A stretch of 64,000 nt of DNA from a bacterium. Its GTDB lineage: Bacteria; Bacillota; Clostridia; Lachnospirales; Lachnospiraceae. Shown in pieces: positions 28,697 to 38,236 of this stretch; the first letter of the stretch is position 1, and each line of letters starts with the position of its first letter. The position numbers were made by a program, and so were the translations under genes. The stretch spans positions 12,222-76,221 of the forward strand of contig CAVGHS010000001.1 in NCBI GenBank assembly GCA_963629085.1, read 5' to 3'. Under the pieces are notes generated by a model. That model ran no database searches and was not told where the DNA came from. It saw only the letters and a program-made list of their open reading frames with translations.

Positions 28697-28930
28697 GATA
28701 AAATTTCCCCCTCAAGAACATTACTTATTTATATGTAGTTGTGCATACATAATGGGGAAGTTTAGCATAAATACAGAAAATATGCAATGTCGTGCGAAAA
28801 ATAAAGGTTGTCTTGCCAGATGAGGAGTATTACAATATGGATGTGAGACAATGTCCGTGCGCAGACAAAAGGACTTGGGCTCAAATATAGCAGATAGCAC
28901 ATGACGGGAGTATCTCCCGAGGGGAAGACC

Positions 28931-30643
28931 ATGGAAAAACAAGAGACAACCAAGACCATAGAAGGACATGATGTAAAACAGGTACATGAAAAAATTGCAG
29001 ATCTTCTTGTACGAAGTGAGTACGATTATATCTGTGTCATCAATACCAATACAGATATGATCTATGTAGATACCGATGAATTGCATGCCGACTGGGATTG
29101 GACAGGTGAAGAACATAACTATTACGATGCAAGAGCGCTTTTAGTAGAGACTTTTTTGGATGATAATGACGACCGGGACTTTATGTATTGCTCCGAGATA
29201 CCATATATTGTCAAGCAGTTGGAGGAACAGGACGTCTACAGTTTTATGTTCCATTTTAGTAGATCGGAGCACAACCGTCACAAGAAACAATGGAAGTTTT
29301 CTTATCTGAATCGGGAGGAAGGCTTGATCCTTACGACTTTAAAGGATGTGACCAAACTCTTAGAGAAAGACCATCTGACCGGAGAGTTGAACCGTTATGG
29401 CTTTATCCGAAAAGCCCGTGCCGTCCTGCGGGATTCTAAGTTGCAGCATGAACTTGCGATTATGTATATCAATCTCAAGGGCTTCAAGGCGATCAACGAA
29501 TTGTTTGGTACGGAGGGTGGAGACTGGGCACTGCGCGAAGTTGTGCGCCTGATCCATAGATCCAACCTGCATCCGTATGCGCTAGGGCGTATCGAGGCAG
29601 ACCACTTTGTATGTCTGGTAGATCCTGCCAATATCAATTATGAACACCTAAAGCAATTTTTACACCAGACCCTGGTCTTTGGACAGAGATCGCTGGATGT
29701 TTACGGTGTCTGCGGTATTTATATGATACCGGAGGAGGAGCGTCTGGAAAGCGTCAGCAATATGTGTGACCGTGCTCGTATGGCAAAGGATTACATTGAG
29801 GACGAATATGTCAAGCCTTATGCTATTTTTGATAAAAAGATGGGAAGTACTTATATGGCGCGAAACGATGCACTCCGCGACGTGACAAGTGCCATCGAAA
29901 AAAATGAATTCAAGGTCTATTACCAGCCGGTCTATGATGCCTTTTCCGGAGAGATCGCATCTGCCGAAGCTCTGGTGCGCTGGCAGAGAGCCGATGGCGA
30001 CATGGTGTCTCCGGGGGTCTTTGTTCCGGCACTTGAGGACAGCGGACGGATTTCCCAGATGGATCTTTTTGTGGAACGCAGTGTCCTTTCTTTTATGGAG
30101 GAACGCTACAAGAAAGGACAGTTTATCGTCCCGGTTTCCATGAATATGTCCCAGATGGATTTCTTTGATAAGGACATGATGGCATTGGTGCTTTTGGATG
30201 TTTCCAATACCGACCTGCCGATGGATTATACACGCTTTGAGGTGACGGAGACGGCTTATTCTATCGTTGCCAGCAACAACCGCAATGTGCTTTTGGATAT
30301 GAAGCAGATTGGCGTCAAGTTCTATCTGGATGACTTTGGCAGTGGCTATTCATCCTTTAGTACCATCCGTGATTATGATTTTGATATTGTAAAATTGGAT
30401 ATGGGATTTGTGCAAAAGATCGGTACGACAGCCAAGGCAAATGCTGTCATCCAGGCGATCATCGATATGGCGCACGCTATTGGTTCCAAGGTCGTTGCCG
30501 AGGGGGCAGAGACCAAGGAGCAGGTGGATGCCTTGCGGGATATGGGCTGTGATTACATTCAGGGCTTCTATTTTTCCAAGCCTTTGCCGCAGGAAGAATT
30601 TGAGGCACTCTTGAATGCCCAGTATAATGAGCGTATGTTTTAA
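28931..30643 (+). CDS. GGDEF(degenerate)-EAL protein, probable c-di-GMP phosphodiesterase
   Basis: DHLTG.LNR, RIEADHF in place of GGDEF; AEALVRW, DDFGSGYSS, VAEG, IQG; start 28931 or 28901. Confidence 0.85.
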   Translation: MEKQETTKTIEGHDVKQVHEKIADLLVRSEYDYICVINTNTDMIYVDTDELHADWDWTGEEHNYYDARALLVETFLDDNDDRDFMYCSEIPYIVKQLEEQDVYSFMFHFSRSEHNRHKKQWKFSYLNREEGLILTTLKDVTKLLEKDHLTGELNRYGFIRKARAVLRDSKLQHELAIMYINLKGFKAINELFGTEGGDWALREVVRLIHRSNLHPYALGRIEADHFVCLVDPANINYEHLKQFLHQTLVFGQRSLDVYGVCGIYMIPEEERLESVSNMCDRARMAKDYIEDEYVKPYAIFDKKMGSTYMARNDALRDVTSAIEKNEFKVYYQPVYDAFSGEIASAEALVRWQRADGDMVSPGVFVPALEDSGRISQMDLFVERSVLSFMEERYKKGQFIVPVSMNMSQMDFFDKDMMALVLLDVSNTDLPMDYTRFEVTETAYSIVASNNRNVLLDMKQIGVKFYLDDFGSGYSSFSTIRDYDFDIVKLDMGFVQKIGTTAKANAVIQAIIDMAHAIGSKVVAEGAETKEQVDALRDMGCDYIQGFYFSKPLPQEEFEALLNAQYNERMF

Positions 30644-31941
30644 AGGCGGCATTGGGATGGTGTGATGCCATACTCCTTTTGAAAGAGATTTGAAAAATAA
30701 GATTGTGAACAAAAATGCAGTGCTTCTGCTACCTGAGTTACACTCATGTGCTCGGTAGTCAGGAGCATTTTTGCTGCTTCCAGTTTCTGCTTTTGCACAT
30801 ACTGGTTGATGGAGATCCCCATTTCCTCTTTGAATTTGTGGGATAGGTAATAATCGCTGTAGCCGGTAAATATAGACAGGTCTTTGATGTTGATCTTGTC
30901 GCGGATATGGAGGTTGATGTAGTCGATACAGGCGCGGATGGGTGCAGAGAGGTCGGTGTTTTGTCTGGTATCGTGTACACGCGTGATATAATCGGCAAAG
31001 ATGGCATCGTTGATATAGCGGATGTCATTCATCGTAGCACAGTTATCGATGGCAAGGGTGTAGGTATCCATCAAAGAATAGGCGACGGATGCTGACAGTC
31101 CGCCGCGGATGGCGGCACGGCTGCAGAGGGTCAAAAGAGAGATAGATCCGTATTTACAGCGCTGCATATCGCTCTCCAACTGGATCTTGATGCCGTTGGA
31201 AAATTTTCCACCTTCTTTGATCAGGTCCAAAAGTCCCATATTTCCCTGCTCGACAGCGTTGACCAACTGCTGCTCAAAACTGGACACACCGGCATGGTCG
31301 CGGGAGAGGTCTTCGTTTAATTTGTAGGCAGTTTCCTGTAGCGTCCGGATGGAGGCATTATCCCCCTTATAGTCTTCCAGAGCCTGTGAGAATGCCTGTG
31401 TAGCCAGACTTTGTTCGGATGCGGATGGTGTTTTGCTGGTATGATAAAAGTTTTTACGTAGGATTTCGCGAAATTCCAGACGTTCGTCCCGGATGCTGTT
31501 GTGACACATGAGGATATACTGGTCAAAAATGTTGAGCGGGATGATAGGATAATCTTGAAACTGTTCAAACATATATTTGCGGGAAGAAACGGACAGGTTA
31601 TGAAGTTCCAGGTCTTCCTGCAAACGTTTTAAGGATCGGTCATTGGTAAAGGCAGGACCAAGCAGAAGAATCCGGTCGGTCCTGCCACCGGTCTGGGAAA
31701 AAACACAGCCAATGCTGATACCAAGATCGTCAGAAAAGGCATAAGGGGCACAATCTGAGGACTTGGCATAAGCGACCAGAAAGTCTTTCATGCCGTTTAA
31801 GGAGATCAGTCGATCCATGAATTCTGCCTGTCCATTGCGCGCAGAAAGCAGTTCCATATCCGGGGAATATTCCCAGAATTGCAGGGGATAGCAGGTCGAT
31901 AAGATCTTTTTTGTCATTTGATAGTTTGCTTCTGAAAACAT
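30640..31941 (-). CDS. AraC family transcriptional regulator
   Basis: C-terminal double HTH (YLSHKFKEEMG, VAEALHFCSQSYFSNLFQKEYGITP); divergent from MFS gene. Confidence 0.9.
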   Translation of the reverse strand: MFSEANYQMTKKILSTCYPLQFWEYSPDMELLSARNGQAEFMDRLISLNGMKDFLVAYAKSSDCAPYAFSDDLGISIGCVFSQTGGRTDRILLLGPAFTNDRSLKRLQEDLELHNLSVSSRKYMFEQFQDYPIIPLNIFDQYILMCHNSIRDERLEFREILRKNFYHTSKTPSASEQSLATQAFSQALEDYKGDNASIRTLQETAYKLNEDLSRDHAGVSSFEQQLVNAVEQGNMGLLDLIKEGGKFSNGIKIQLESDMQRCKYGSISLLTLCSRAAIRGGLSASVAYSLMDTYTLAIDNCATMNDIRYINDAIFADYITRVHDTRQNTDLSAPIRACIDYINLHIRDKINIKDLSIFTGYSDYYLSHKFKEEMGISINQYVQKQKLEAAKMLLTTEHMSVTQVAEALHFCSQSYFSNLFQKEYGITPSQCRL

Positions 31942-32127
31942 AAGCGGATGCTCCTTTTTTTCGTTTCTTATATCCAGTATAATGGAAAAATATAAAATTT
32001 CTATAAAAAATCATGAAAAAAAGAATATAAACATGAATTTTTATACGCCTATTGTACAAAAGTAGTGTTAATGTATAGTTAAACGAAGGGGAACGAAAAA
32101 GTTCTGCAAGAAAGAGGAGGGCTTATT

Positions 32128-33633
32128 ATGAGCAAAGAAGTAAGTGCTACCGGTACAAAATACCGTAGTGCCAAGACCTGGGAAATGATCATGGCACCGG
32201 CTTGTGCGGGTAACAACATTTGTATGTACATGTGTATGGTTTATGCCAGTTACGCAGGAAGTGAGGGATATGGTATCGCAACTGCGGTTGTCGGTGTTAT
32301 CATTACTTTATCCAGAATCTTAGATGCCGTGACCGATACGGCGATCGCCTATGTATTTGAAAAGTTCCCGACCAAGTATGGTAAATGCCGACCATTCTTA
32401 TTGATCGGCTGGATTATTGAGGCTGGTGCTGTTTACTTAATGTATGGCGTGGCTGCCAACCACTTCAAGGGCGTGGCAGGACTTGTCATGTTTGTATTGA
32501 TCTACATTATTTACATTATCGGTTACACGGTAAATAACGTAGCAGGATCTGTTATGACAGCAGTTCTGACCAACGATCCAAAGCAGCGCCCGATGTTCAA
32601 TTTTGTATCTACCATGTTTTCTTATGGCGTACCGATCCTTTTGAGCAATGTTGTGACATTCAGCATTTTGCCAAAGTATGACAACCAGTACAATATGCCA
32701 ATGTTAAAGGAAATGACCTTGTTCTACATTGCTATTTCTTTTGTTTGCTGTATCGTTTCTATGATCGGTATTGCCAGATCTGACAATGATGAAGTCTGGA
32801 AAGAAGCAAGTGCCAAAGTTGGTGGCAAGCAGGAGAAAGTCGGAATCAAGCAGATGTGGGAAGTCCTTTCCAAGAACAAGGATGTGCAGCGTTACATCGT
32901 TACTTGTGCAACCGATAAATTCGCGCAGACCACGGCAACCCAGTCTGTTATCATCAACTTACTTTCCGGTGTATTGATCGGATCTTATGCAGCAACCCAG
33001 GTGGCAAACAACTATGCATCTGTTATTGGTTTGATCTTCGCTTTTGGTGGTGGTATCGTCATCGGTAAGATCGGGGCAAAGAAAGGAACTGTATGGTTCT
33101 CCTGGTTCTCCATTGCTATTTCGATCATTCAGTTAGCAGTATGCGTGATCTTAGGACCAAGCGGTATGAGAGAGATTGGAACCACAGGCTCTTGGGCATT
33201 TATCCTTTGGGTAGCATGTACGGTTGGTATGACTGCCGGAAGAATGCTTCTTTCCGTTGCGGCAGGTACCATGAGAGCCGATGTAACAGATGCAGAGGAA
33301 CATCGCTCCGGCAACTTTATGCCATCTGTTATCGCAGGTGTTTATTCCCTCTTTGATAAGGGGATGTCATCTATCTGCTCTATGATCGCAACGGCAGCCA
33401 TCTCTTTGATCGGTTATGTCAATACCGTTCCACAGATGGGCGATGAGGTTACCGGTGGTGTATTCTGGATGGCAATCGGACTTTCCTTTGTACTTCCGAT
33501 CATCGGTTTCCTTTGCAATATCTTTGCCATGAAGAACTACACCTTGGATGTAGACACACTGGCGCAGATCCAGGCAGACAACCAGGCAAAGCGTGATGCA
33601 GCAGCAGAACAGTTACATCAGGCAGAGGCTTAA
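32128..33633 (+). CDS. MFS glycoside-pentoside-hexuronide (GPH)-type transporter
   Basis: SRILDAVTD, KYGKCRPF, LTNDPKQRP, ADVTD.E..RSG, multiple TMs. Confidence 0.85.
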   Translation: MSKEVSATGTKYRSAKTWEMIMAPACAGNNICMYMCMVYASYAGSEGYGIATAVVGVIITLSRILDAVTDTAIAYVFEKFPTKYGKCRPFLLIGWIIEAGAVYLMYGVAANHFKGVAGLVMFVLIYIIYIIGYTVNNVAGSVMTAVLTNDPKQRPMFNFVSTMFSYGVPILLSNVVTFSILPKYDNQYNMPMLKEMTLFYIAISFVCCIVSMIGIARSDNDEVWKEASAKVGGKQEKVGIKQMWEVLSKNKDVQRYIVTCATDKFAQTTATQSVIINLLSGVLIGSYAATQVANNYASVIGLIFAFGGGIVIGKIGAKKGTVWFSWFSIAISIIQLAVCVILGPSGMREIGTTGSWAFILWVACTVGMTAGRMLLSVAAGTMRADVTDAEEHRSGNFMPSVIAGVYSLFDKGMSSICSMIATAAISLIGYVNTVPQMGDEVTGGVFWMAIGLSFVLPIIGFLCNIFAMKNYTLDVDTLAQIQADNQAKRDAAAEQLHQAEA

Positions 33634-33656
33634 TTTCTGAATTACATAAGCAAATC

Positions 33657-33693
33657 ATAGAGGTCGGCGATCCCGCTGACCTCTATTTTTTTT
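33657..33693 (+). terminator. Intrinsic terminator
   Basis: ATAGAGGTCGGCG-atcc-CGCTGACCTCTAT followed by a T-run. Confidence 0.85.
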
Positions 33694-33778
33694 CCCCTTC
33701 TTGTGTTATACTCGGGCATGGACGCTTTGAAAAGTATCTCTGAAAAGAGAATGTGATAGCAATAGAAGGAGAAAATTC

Positions 33779-34477
33779 ATGGAAGAGACGATCATGCAGA
33801 TCATAGGGCATATGCATACGGATTTCCCGACTAAGTTTGGCCTGCCAAGACAGAGCGGGCTGGTGGAGGAACTGGTCGGGCGGATCGAATTAGAACCGGA
33901 GTTTCGCCGCGCAGAAGCCTTCCGTGGGATAGAGGATTTTTCCCATCTTTGGATCCTCTGGCAGTTTTCTCTTAGCAAAAAGGAAGGCTGGTCAGCGACA
34001 GTAAAGCCGCCCCGTTTGGGTGGAAAGAAACGTATGGGAGTCTTTGCCACGCGTTCTCCCTATCGACCAAATCCTATCGGACTGTCCTGCGTGCGGCTTT
34101 TAAAAGTTGATTATGAGGATAAAAAAGCACCTGTCCTTTATGTGGCAGGTGTGGATATGGTGGATGGCACGCCAATCTATGACATCAAGCCTTATCTGTC
34201 CTATGCCGATGCGAGAACAGATGCCAAAGGGGGCTTTGCCGATGCAGTCTTTTCGCATGCGCTGGAGGTGAATTTTCCCCGGGAATTGTTAGAACAACTT
34301 CCCAAAGAAAAGCAAAAGGCAGCCATTGCTTTTTTGAAGCAGGATCCCAGACCGCCTTACCACAATCACGCAGATCAGGTCTACAAGATCGCCTTTGATG
34401 TCTGGGATATCCATTTTACCGTGGATGGGGATCAGGCAAAGGTTTGTGATGTGGTAGTGATCCGGGATCAGGAATAG
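33779..34477 (+). CDS. trmO: tRNA (t6A37)-N6-methyltransferase TrmO/TsaA
   Basis: KFGLPRQ, FSHLW, PPRLGG, GVFATRSPYRPNPIGLS, DGTPIYDIKPY. Confidence 0.92.
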   Translation: MEETIMQIIGHMHTDFPTKFGLPRQSGLVEELVGRIELEPEFRRAEAFRGIEDFSHLWILWQFSLSKKEGWSATVKPPRLGGKKRMGVFATRSPYRPNPIGLSCVRLLKVDYEDKKAPVLYVAGVDMVDGTPIYDIKPYLSYADARTDAKGGFADAVFSHALEVNFPRELLEQLPKEKQKAAIAFLKQDPRPPYHNHADQVYKIAFDVWDIHFTVDGDQAKVCDVVVIRDQE

Positions 34478-34501
34478 ATAGAAAAGATGTAAAGGAAAAG
34501 T

Positions 34502-35914
34502 ATGAGACAAGAAGGACAGAGCAAAAAAGTGCATAAGAGAAAAGTAGTGGAAAAGGAAGTTCTGTTGATGCTTCTTACCCTGGCATGGCCGACTATTTTA
34601 GAAAATCTCTTAGAGACCATCTTACAGTATGTAGATACTGCCATGGTAGGGCATCTGGGTGCGCAGGCAACGGCGACCGTGTCTTTGACCTCTACTTATA
34701 CCTGGCTGATTCAGAGCGTGATCGGTGCTTTGGGCGTGGGGTTTCTTTCTTATATTGCGAGGGCGGTAGGAGAAAAGAATCAGGATAAGATCCGCAAGGC
34801 ATCCAGACTTGCCATGGTCGTGGCAGTGCTTGCAGGCGGCATCCTTATGGGCATTACCCTTTGGATGGCACCCCATGTACCGGTCTGGATGGGGGCGGAA
34901 AAAACCATCCATGCAGATGCTACGCGCTATTTTATCTTTATCAACCTGCCTATGATCTTTCGTGCGGCGACCATTATTTTTGGCTCTGCCATCCGTGCGA
35001 CAGGGGATACCAAGACACCTATGGTCGTCAATGTCTGGGTCAATGTCTTTAATATCGGACTGAATTATCTCTTTATCTATGCCTTGGGACAGGGAGCCGT
35101 CGGTGCCGGTATCGCGACCATGGTATCTTATACCATCGGCGGCATCTGCATGACCCTGGTATTTTTGCGAAATGAGAGCCTGGACCTACTGGGAAAGAGA
35201 GCCTCCCGTGTGCAGGAGACCGAGCTGGCACAAAGGGATAGTTCCTTGTCTGTTACAACAAGACAAGTCCTTGTCGCTGTGCTTGCCATCAGCATCCCGG
35301 TCGTTATGACCCGTCTGGCATCCTGTCTGGGACATGTGGTCTTTACCAGTTTTGTATCATCCATGGATACCATCACCTATGCGGCACACGCCATTGCCAT
35401 CACGGCGGAGGAGATCTTTTACATTCCGGGCTATGGCATGATGGCGGCGACATCTACCCTAATCGGACACGCCATCGGTGAGAAAAATAAAAAGAAGGAG
35501 CGGGATGTCAAGGTCGTTTCCATCGCCCTGATCTTTGGTGTCATGTGTATTACGGGTATCCTGCTTTTTGTCGGTGCGCACGGCATGATGTGCCTTTTTA
35601 CCAAGGATCCCCGGGTCATTGCCATTGGCACGCGCCTGCTTCGGATGGTAGCCTTTACGGAGCCGGTCTTTGGTACTTCGGCGGTCATGGAAGGCATTTA
35701 CAATGGTATGGGGCGCACCCGCTATCCTCTGGTCGTGGAACTCATCAGTATGTGGGGTGTGCGTGTGGTCGGCACCTTTATCTGTGTCCGTGTCCTGGGA
35801 ATGGGGATCACGACAGTCTGGGCCATGATGATCTGCAATAATGTCTTAAAAGCCGTCCTTTTGGCACTGGGTTTACTTGTCATGGGACGAAAAAGTGCAA
35901 AAAAAAGTGCATAA
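34502..35914 (+). CDS. MATE family efflux transporter
   Basis: VDTAMVGHLG, RATGDTKTPM, two-fold TM repeat. Confidence 0.9.
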   Translation: MRQEGQSKKVHKRKVVEKEVLLMLLTLAWPTILENLLETILQYVDTAMVGHLGAQATATVSLTSTYTWLIQSVIGALGVGFLSYIARAVGEKNQDKIRKASRLAMVVAVLAGGILMGITLWMAPHVPVWMGAEKTIHADATRYFIFINLPMIFRAATIIFGSAIRATGDTKTPMVVNVWVNVFNIGLNYLFIYALGQGAVGAGIATMVSYTIGGICMTLVFLRNESLDLLGKRASRVQETELAQRDSSLSVTTRQVLVAVLAISIPVVMTRLASCLGHVVFTSFVSSMDTITYAAHAIAITAEEIFYIPGYGMMAATSTLIGHAIGEKNKKKERDVKVVSIALIFGVMCITGILLFVGAHGMMCLFTKDPRVIAIGTRLLRMVAFTEPVFGTSAVMEGIYNGMGRTRYPLVVELISMWGVRVVGTFICVRVLGMGITTVWAMMICNNVLKAVLLALGLLVMGRKSAKKSA

Positions 35915-36017
35915 AAATAGGATTTGGGGTTTGTTTTGCAAAAATTGCTCCGATATAGAAGATAAGAAACGTTGAAAAGGATTTCGACAGGACGATCTGA
36001 TCAAGGAGGACAAGATT

Positions 36018-36638
36018 ATGAGTATGAATCCGGTAGGAACTACTACGACCGATAGCGTTTACAACCGCTATGGAAAGAATTCTTCAGCCAAGACTTCCAA
36101 AGAGGCAGAAAAGACAGCCGCAACAGAAAAAGAGGCTGTTTATGAGAAGGGTACGACGGAAAAGAAAGCAACTTATTCCATCAACAAGATGAGTTCATCT
36201 GATCGTGCAGCACTGGTACAGCAGTTAAAGCAGGATCAGGAGAACAGACAGCAGAGCCTGATCTCACTGGTACAGGATATGATGAACGGACAGGCAAAGT
36301 CCTACAGTCAGGCAACCGGTGATGATTCCATCTGGAAATTCTTAGCCAGTGGCAACTTTACTGTAGATGCCGCTACCAAGGCGCAGGCACAGGCAGACAT
36401 TGCCGATGACGGATATTGGGGTGTTGCGCAGACATCACAGCGTCTGTTTGATTTTGCAAGTGCACTTGCAGGGGATGATGTAGAAAAGATGCAGAAGATG
36501 CAGGCAGCCATGGAAAAAGGCTTCAAGCAGGCGACCGCCGCATGGGGTAAATCACTTCCAAGCATCAGCCAGCAGACCATGGATGCAGCCGACAAATTAT
36601 TTGATGATTATTACAAATCCAAAGGCGTAGAAGCCTAG
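36018..36638 (+). CDS. Hypothetical protein (soluble, helical)
   Basis: Strong RBS AAGGAGG, normal codon usage; motif DGYWGV..TSQRLFDFA..LAG. Confidence 0.75.
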   Translation: MSMNPVGTTTTDSVYNRYGKNSSAKTSKEAEKTAATEKEAVYEKGTTEKKATYSINKMSSSDRAALVQQLKQDQENRQQSLISLVQDMMNGQAKSYSQATGDDSIWKFLASGNFTVDAATKAQAQADIADDGYWGVAQTSQRLFDFASALAGDDVEKMQKMQAAMEKGFKQATAAWGKSLPSISQQTMDAADKLFDDYYKSKGVEA

Positions 36639-36650
36639 AGATACAAGAAA

Positions 36651-36691
36651 CCGCAGGGACGTTCCTTTTGCCACAAGGAACGTCCCTGCGG
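36651..36691. repeat. Perfect 17-bp inverted repeat between convergent genes (REP-like or atypical terminator)
   Basis: CCGCAGGGACGTTCCTT-ttgccac-AAGGAACGTCCCTGCGG. Confidence 0.75.
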
Positions 36692-36697
36692 CTATTT

Positions 36698-38062
36698 CTA
36701 TATCGCAATATGTCCTGCCAACTTCTTTTGCAGTTTTTTGTGCACATGGAAGAAGGCAGGGATGAGAAAGACATCCGCCATGATCCAGGCAAAAGGACTG
36801 GCAAAGCAGGCTCCTAAGAAACCGATGGCAGGAACCAGTGTAAAGGCAACAATGCTTCGCGCCAGCATTTCCATGACACCGGCAAGGATGGCAAAGATGG
36901 AAAAGCCCATGCCTTGAATGAGGAAACGCACGATGTTGACCAGAGCCAGCGGGAAATAAAAGCAGGATTGGATCAGCAGGAAAGTCCGTGCATCTGCGAT
37001 AATGGCTGTCTCGTTTGCGGACAGGAATAAAAGCAGAAGATATTTTCCGGCAAAGAGCAGGACGAAAAAGGCGATGATGGCATAGCAAAGTCCCAGGATG
37101 GTCGCCGCTTTTAAGCCTTCTTTGACACGACCGAGTTCCATGGCACCGACATTTTGCCCGCCATAGGTTGCCATGGTAGAGCCAAGGGCGTCAAACGGAC
37201 AAACGATGAACATGGAGATACGGTTGGCGGCGGTGATGGACGCAACGGCATCCGAGCCTAAATTGTTGACAGCCGCCTGCAAGATGACAGAACCGATCGC
37301 TGTGATGGAATACTGCAAACCCATAGGTACGCCCATGTGACAGAGGGTAGCCACACAGTGACCATTCCAAGCCCATTCGCCCGGCTGCATTTTTAGGATC
37401 GGGAACTTGGCTTTCATATAGAGAAGACAGGAAATCCCGGAGATAAATTGGGAGATCACGGTTGCATAGCCAGCACCTTCTACGCCCATGCCGATCTGTG
37501 TGATAAAGACCAGATCCAGTACGATATTGATGCCGGATGCCAGCAAAAGGAAGTAGACCGGTGTCTTGGAGTCGCCGAGAGATCGCATGATACCGGAGGT
37601 AATATTATATAGGTAAGTAACCGGAATACCCACAAAAATGATAATGATATAGGAATATGCCTGATCTATGATATTGGAAGGGGTCTGCATGAGTTCTAAG
37701 ATCTGTCGGCAAAATACGGAGACGACCAGGGTCATGACCGCAGAAAAAATCAGACAGAGCCAGACGCTGTTGGCAACGTACTTGCGCAGGCTTTCATAAT
37801 CACCGGCACCAAAACGCTGGGCGACCGGGATGGCAAAACCACTGCAAACGCCCATGCAAAATCCTATGATGAGAAAGTTGATGGCACCGGTAGAACCAAC
37901 GGCGGCAAGAGCATCTACGCCCAGAAACTTTCCTACGATAATGGTATCGACCAGACTGTAGAACTGCTGAAAGAGCATACCTACCAAAAGGGGCAGGGAA
38001 AAACCGAGGATGAGTGACATAGGTTTTCCTGTCGTTAATTTTTTTGTTGTATCTTTTGCCAT
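36698..38062 (-). CDS. MATE family efflux transporter
   Basis: QQFYSLVDTIIVGKFLG..ALAAVG, RSLGDSKTP, GQNVGA; ATG 38062. Confidence 0.92.
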   Translation of the reverse strand: MAKDTTKKLTTGKPMSLILGFSLPLLVGMLFQQFYSLVDTIIVGKFLGVDALAAVGSTGAINFLIIGFCMGVCSGFAIPVAQRFGAGDYESLRKYVANSVWLCLIFSAVMTLVVSVFCRQILELMQTPSNIIDQAYSYIIIIFVGIPVTYLYNITSGIMRSLGDSKTPVYFLLLASGINIVLDLVFITQIGMGVEGAGYATVISQFISGISCLLYMKAKFPILKMQPGEWAWNGHCVATLCHMGVPMGLQYSITAIGSVILQAAVNNLGSDAVASITAANRISMFIVCPFDALGSTMATYGGQNVGAMELGRVKEGLKAATILGLCYAIIAFFVLLFAGKYLLLLFLSANETAIIADARTFLLIQSCFYFPLALVNIVRFLIQGMGFSIFAILAGVMEMLARSIVAFTLVPAIGFLGACFASPFAWIMADVFLIPAFFHVHKKLQKKLAGHIAI

Positions 38063-38236
38063 AATTGCATTCCTTTCCTTATATATCAAAATATGCTTTA
38101 GATATAATAGCATGAAAAAATTTTTTGACAATACTTTCCTAATAAACTTTCTTATTGTATAATGTATTTATCTTCATACATAGGGCAGTTGCGGGGAAAA
38201 CTGCACACTTGTATAGTAAACGAGGGGGATAAGACG

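Noticed and set aside
28790..28930. Possible c-di-GMP riboswitch or T-box between the NSS transporter and EAL genes
   Set aside because: Only short hairpins; no GEMM or T-box consensus recognised
38180..38225. Hairpin GCAGTT...AACTGC upstream of the MCP gene as a riboswitch
   Set aside because: Single short stem with no recognisable aptamer or terminator
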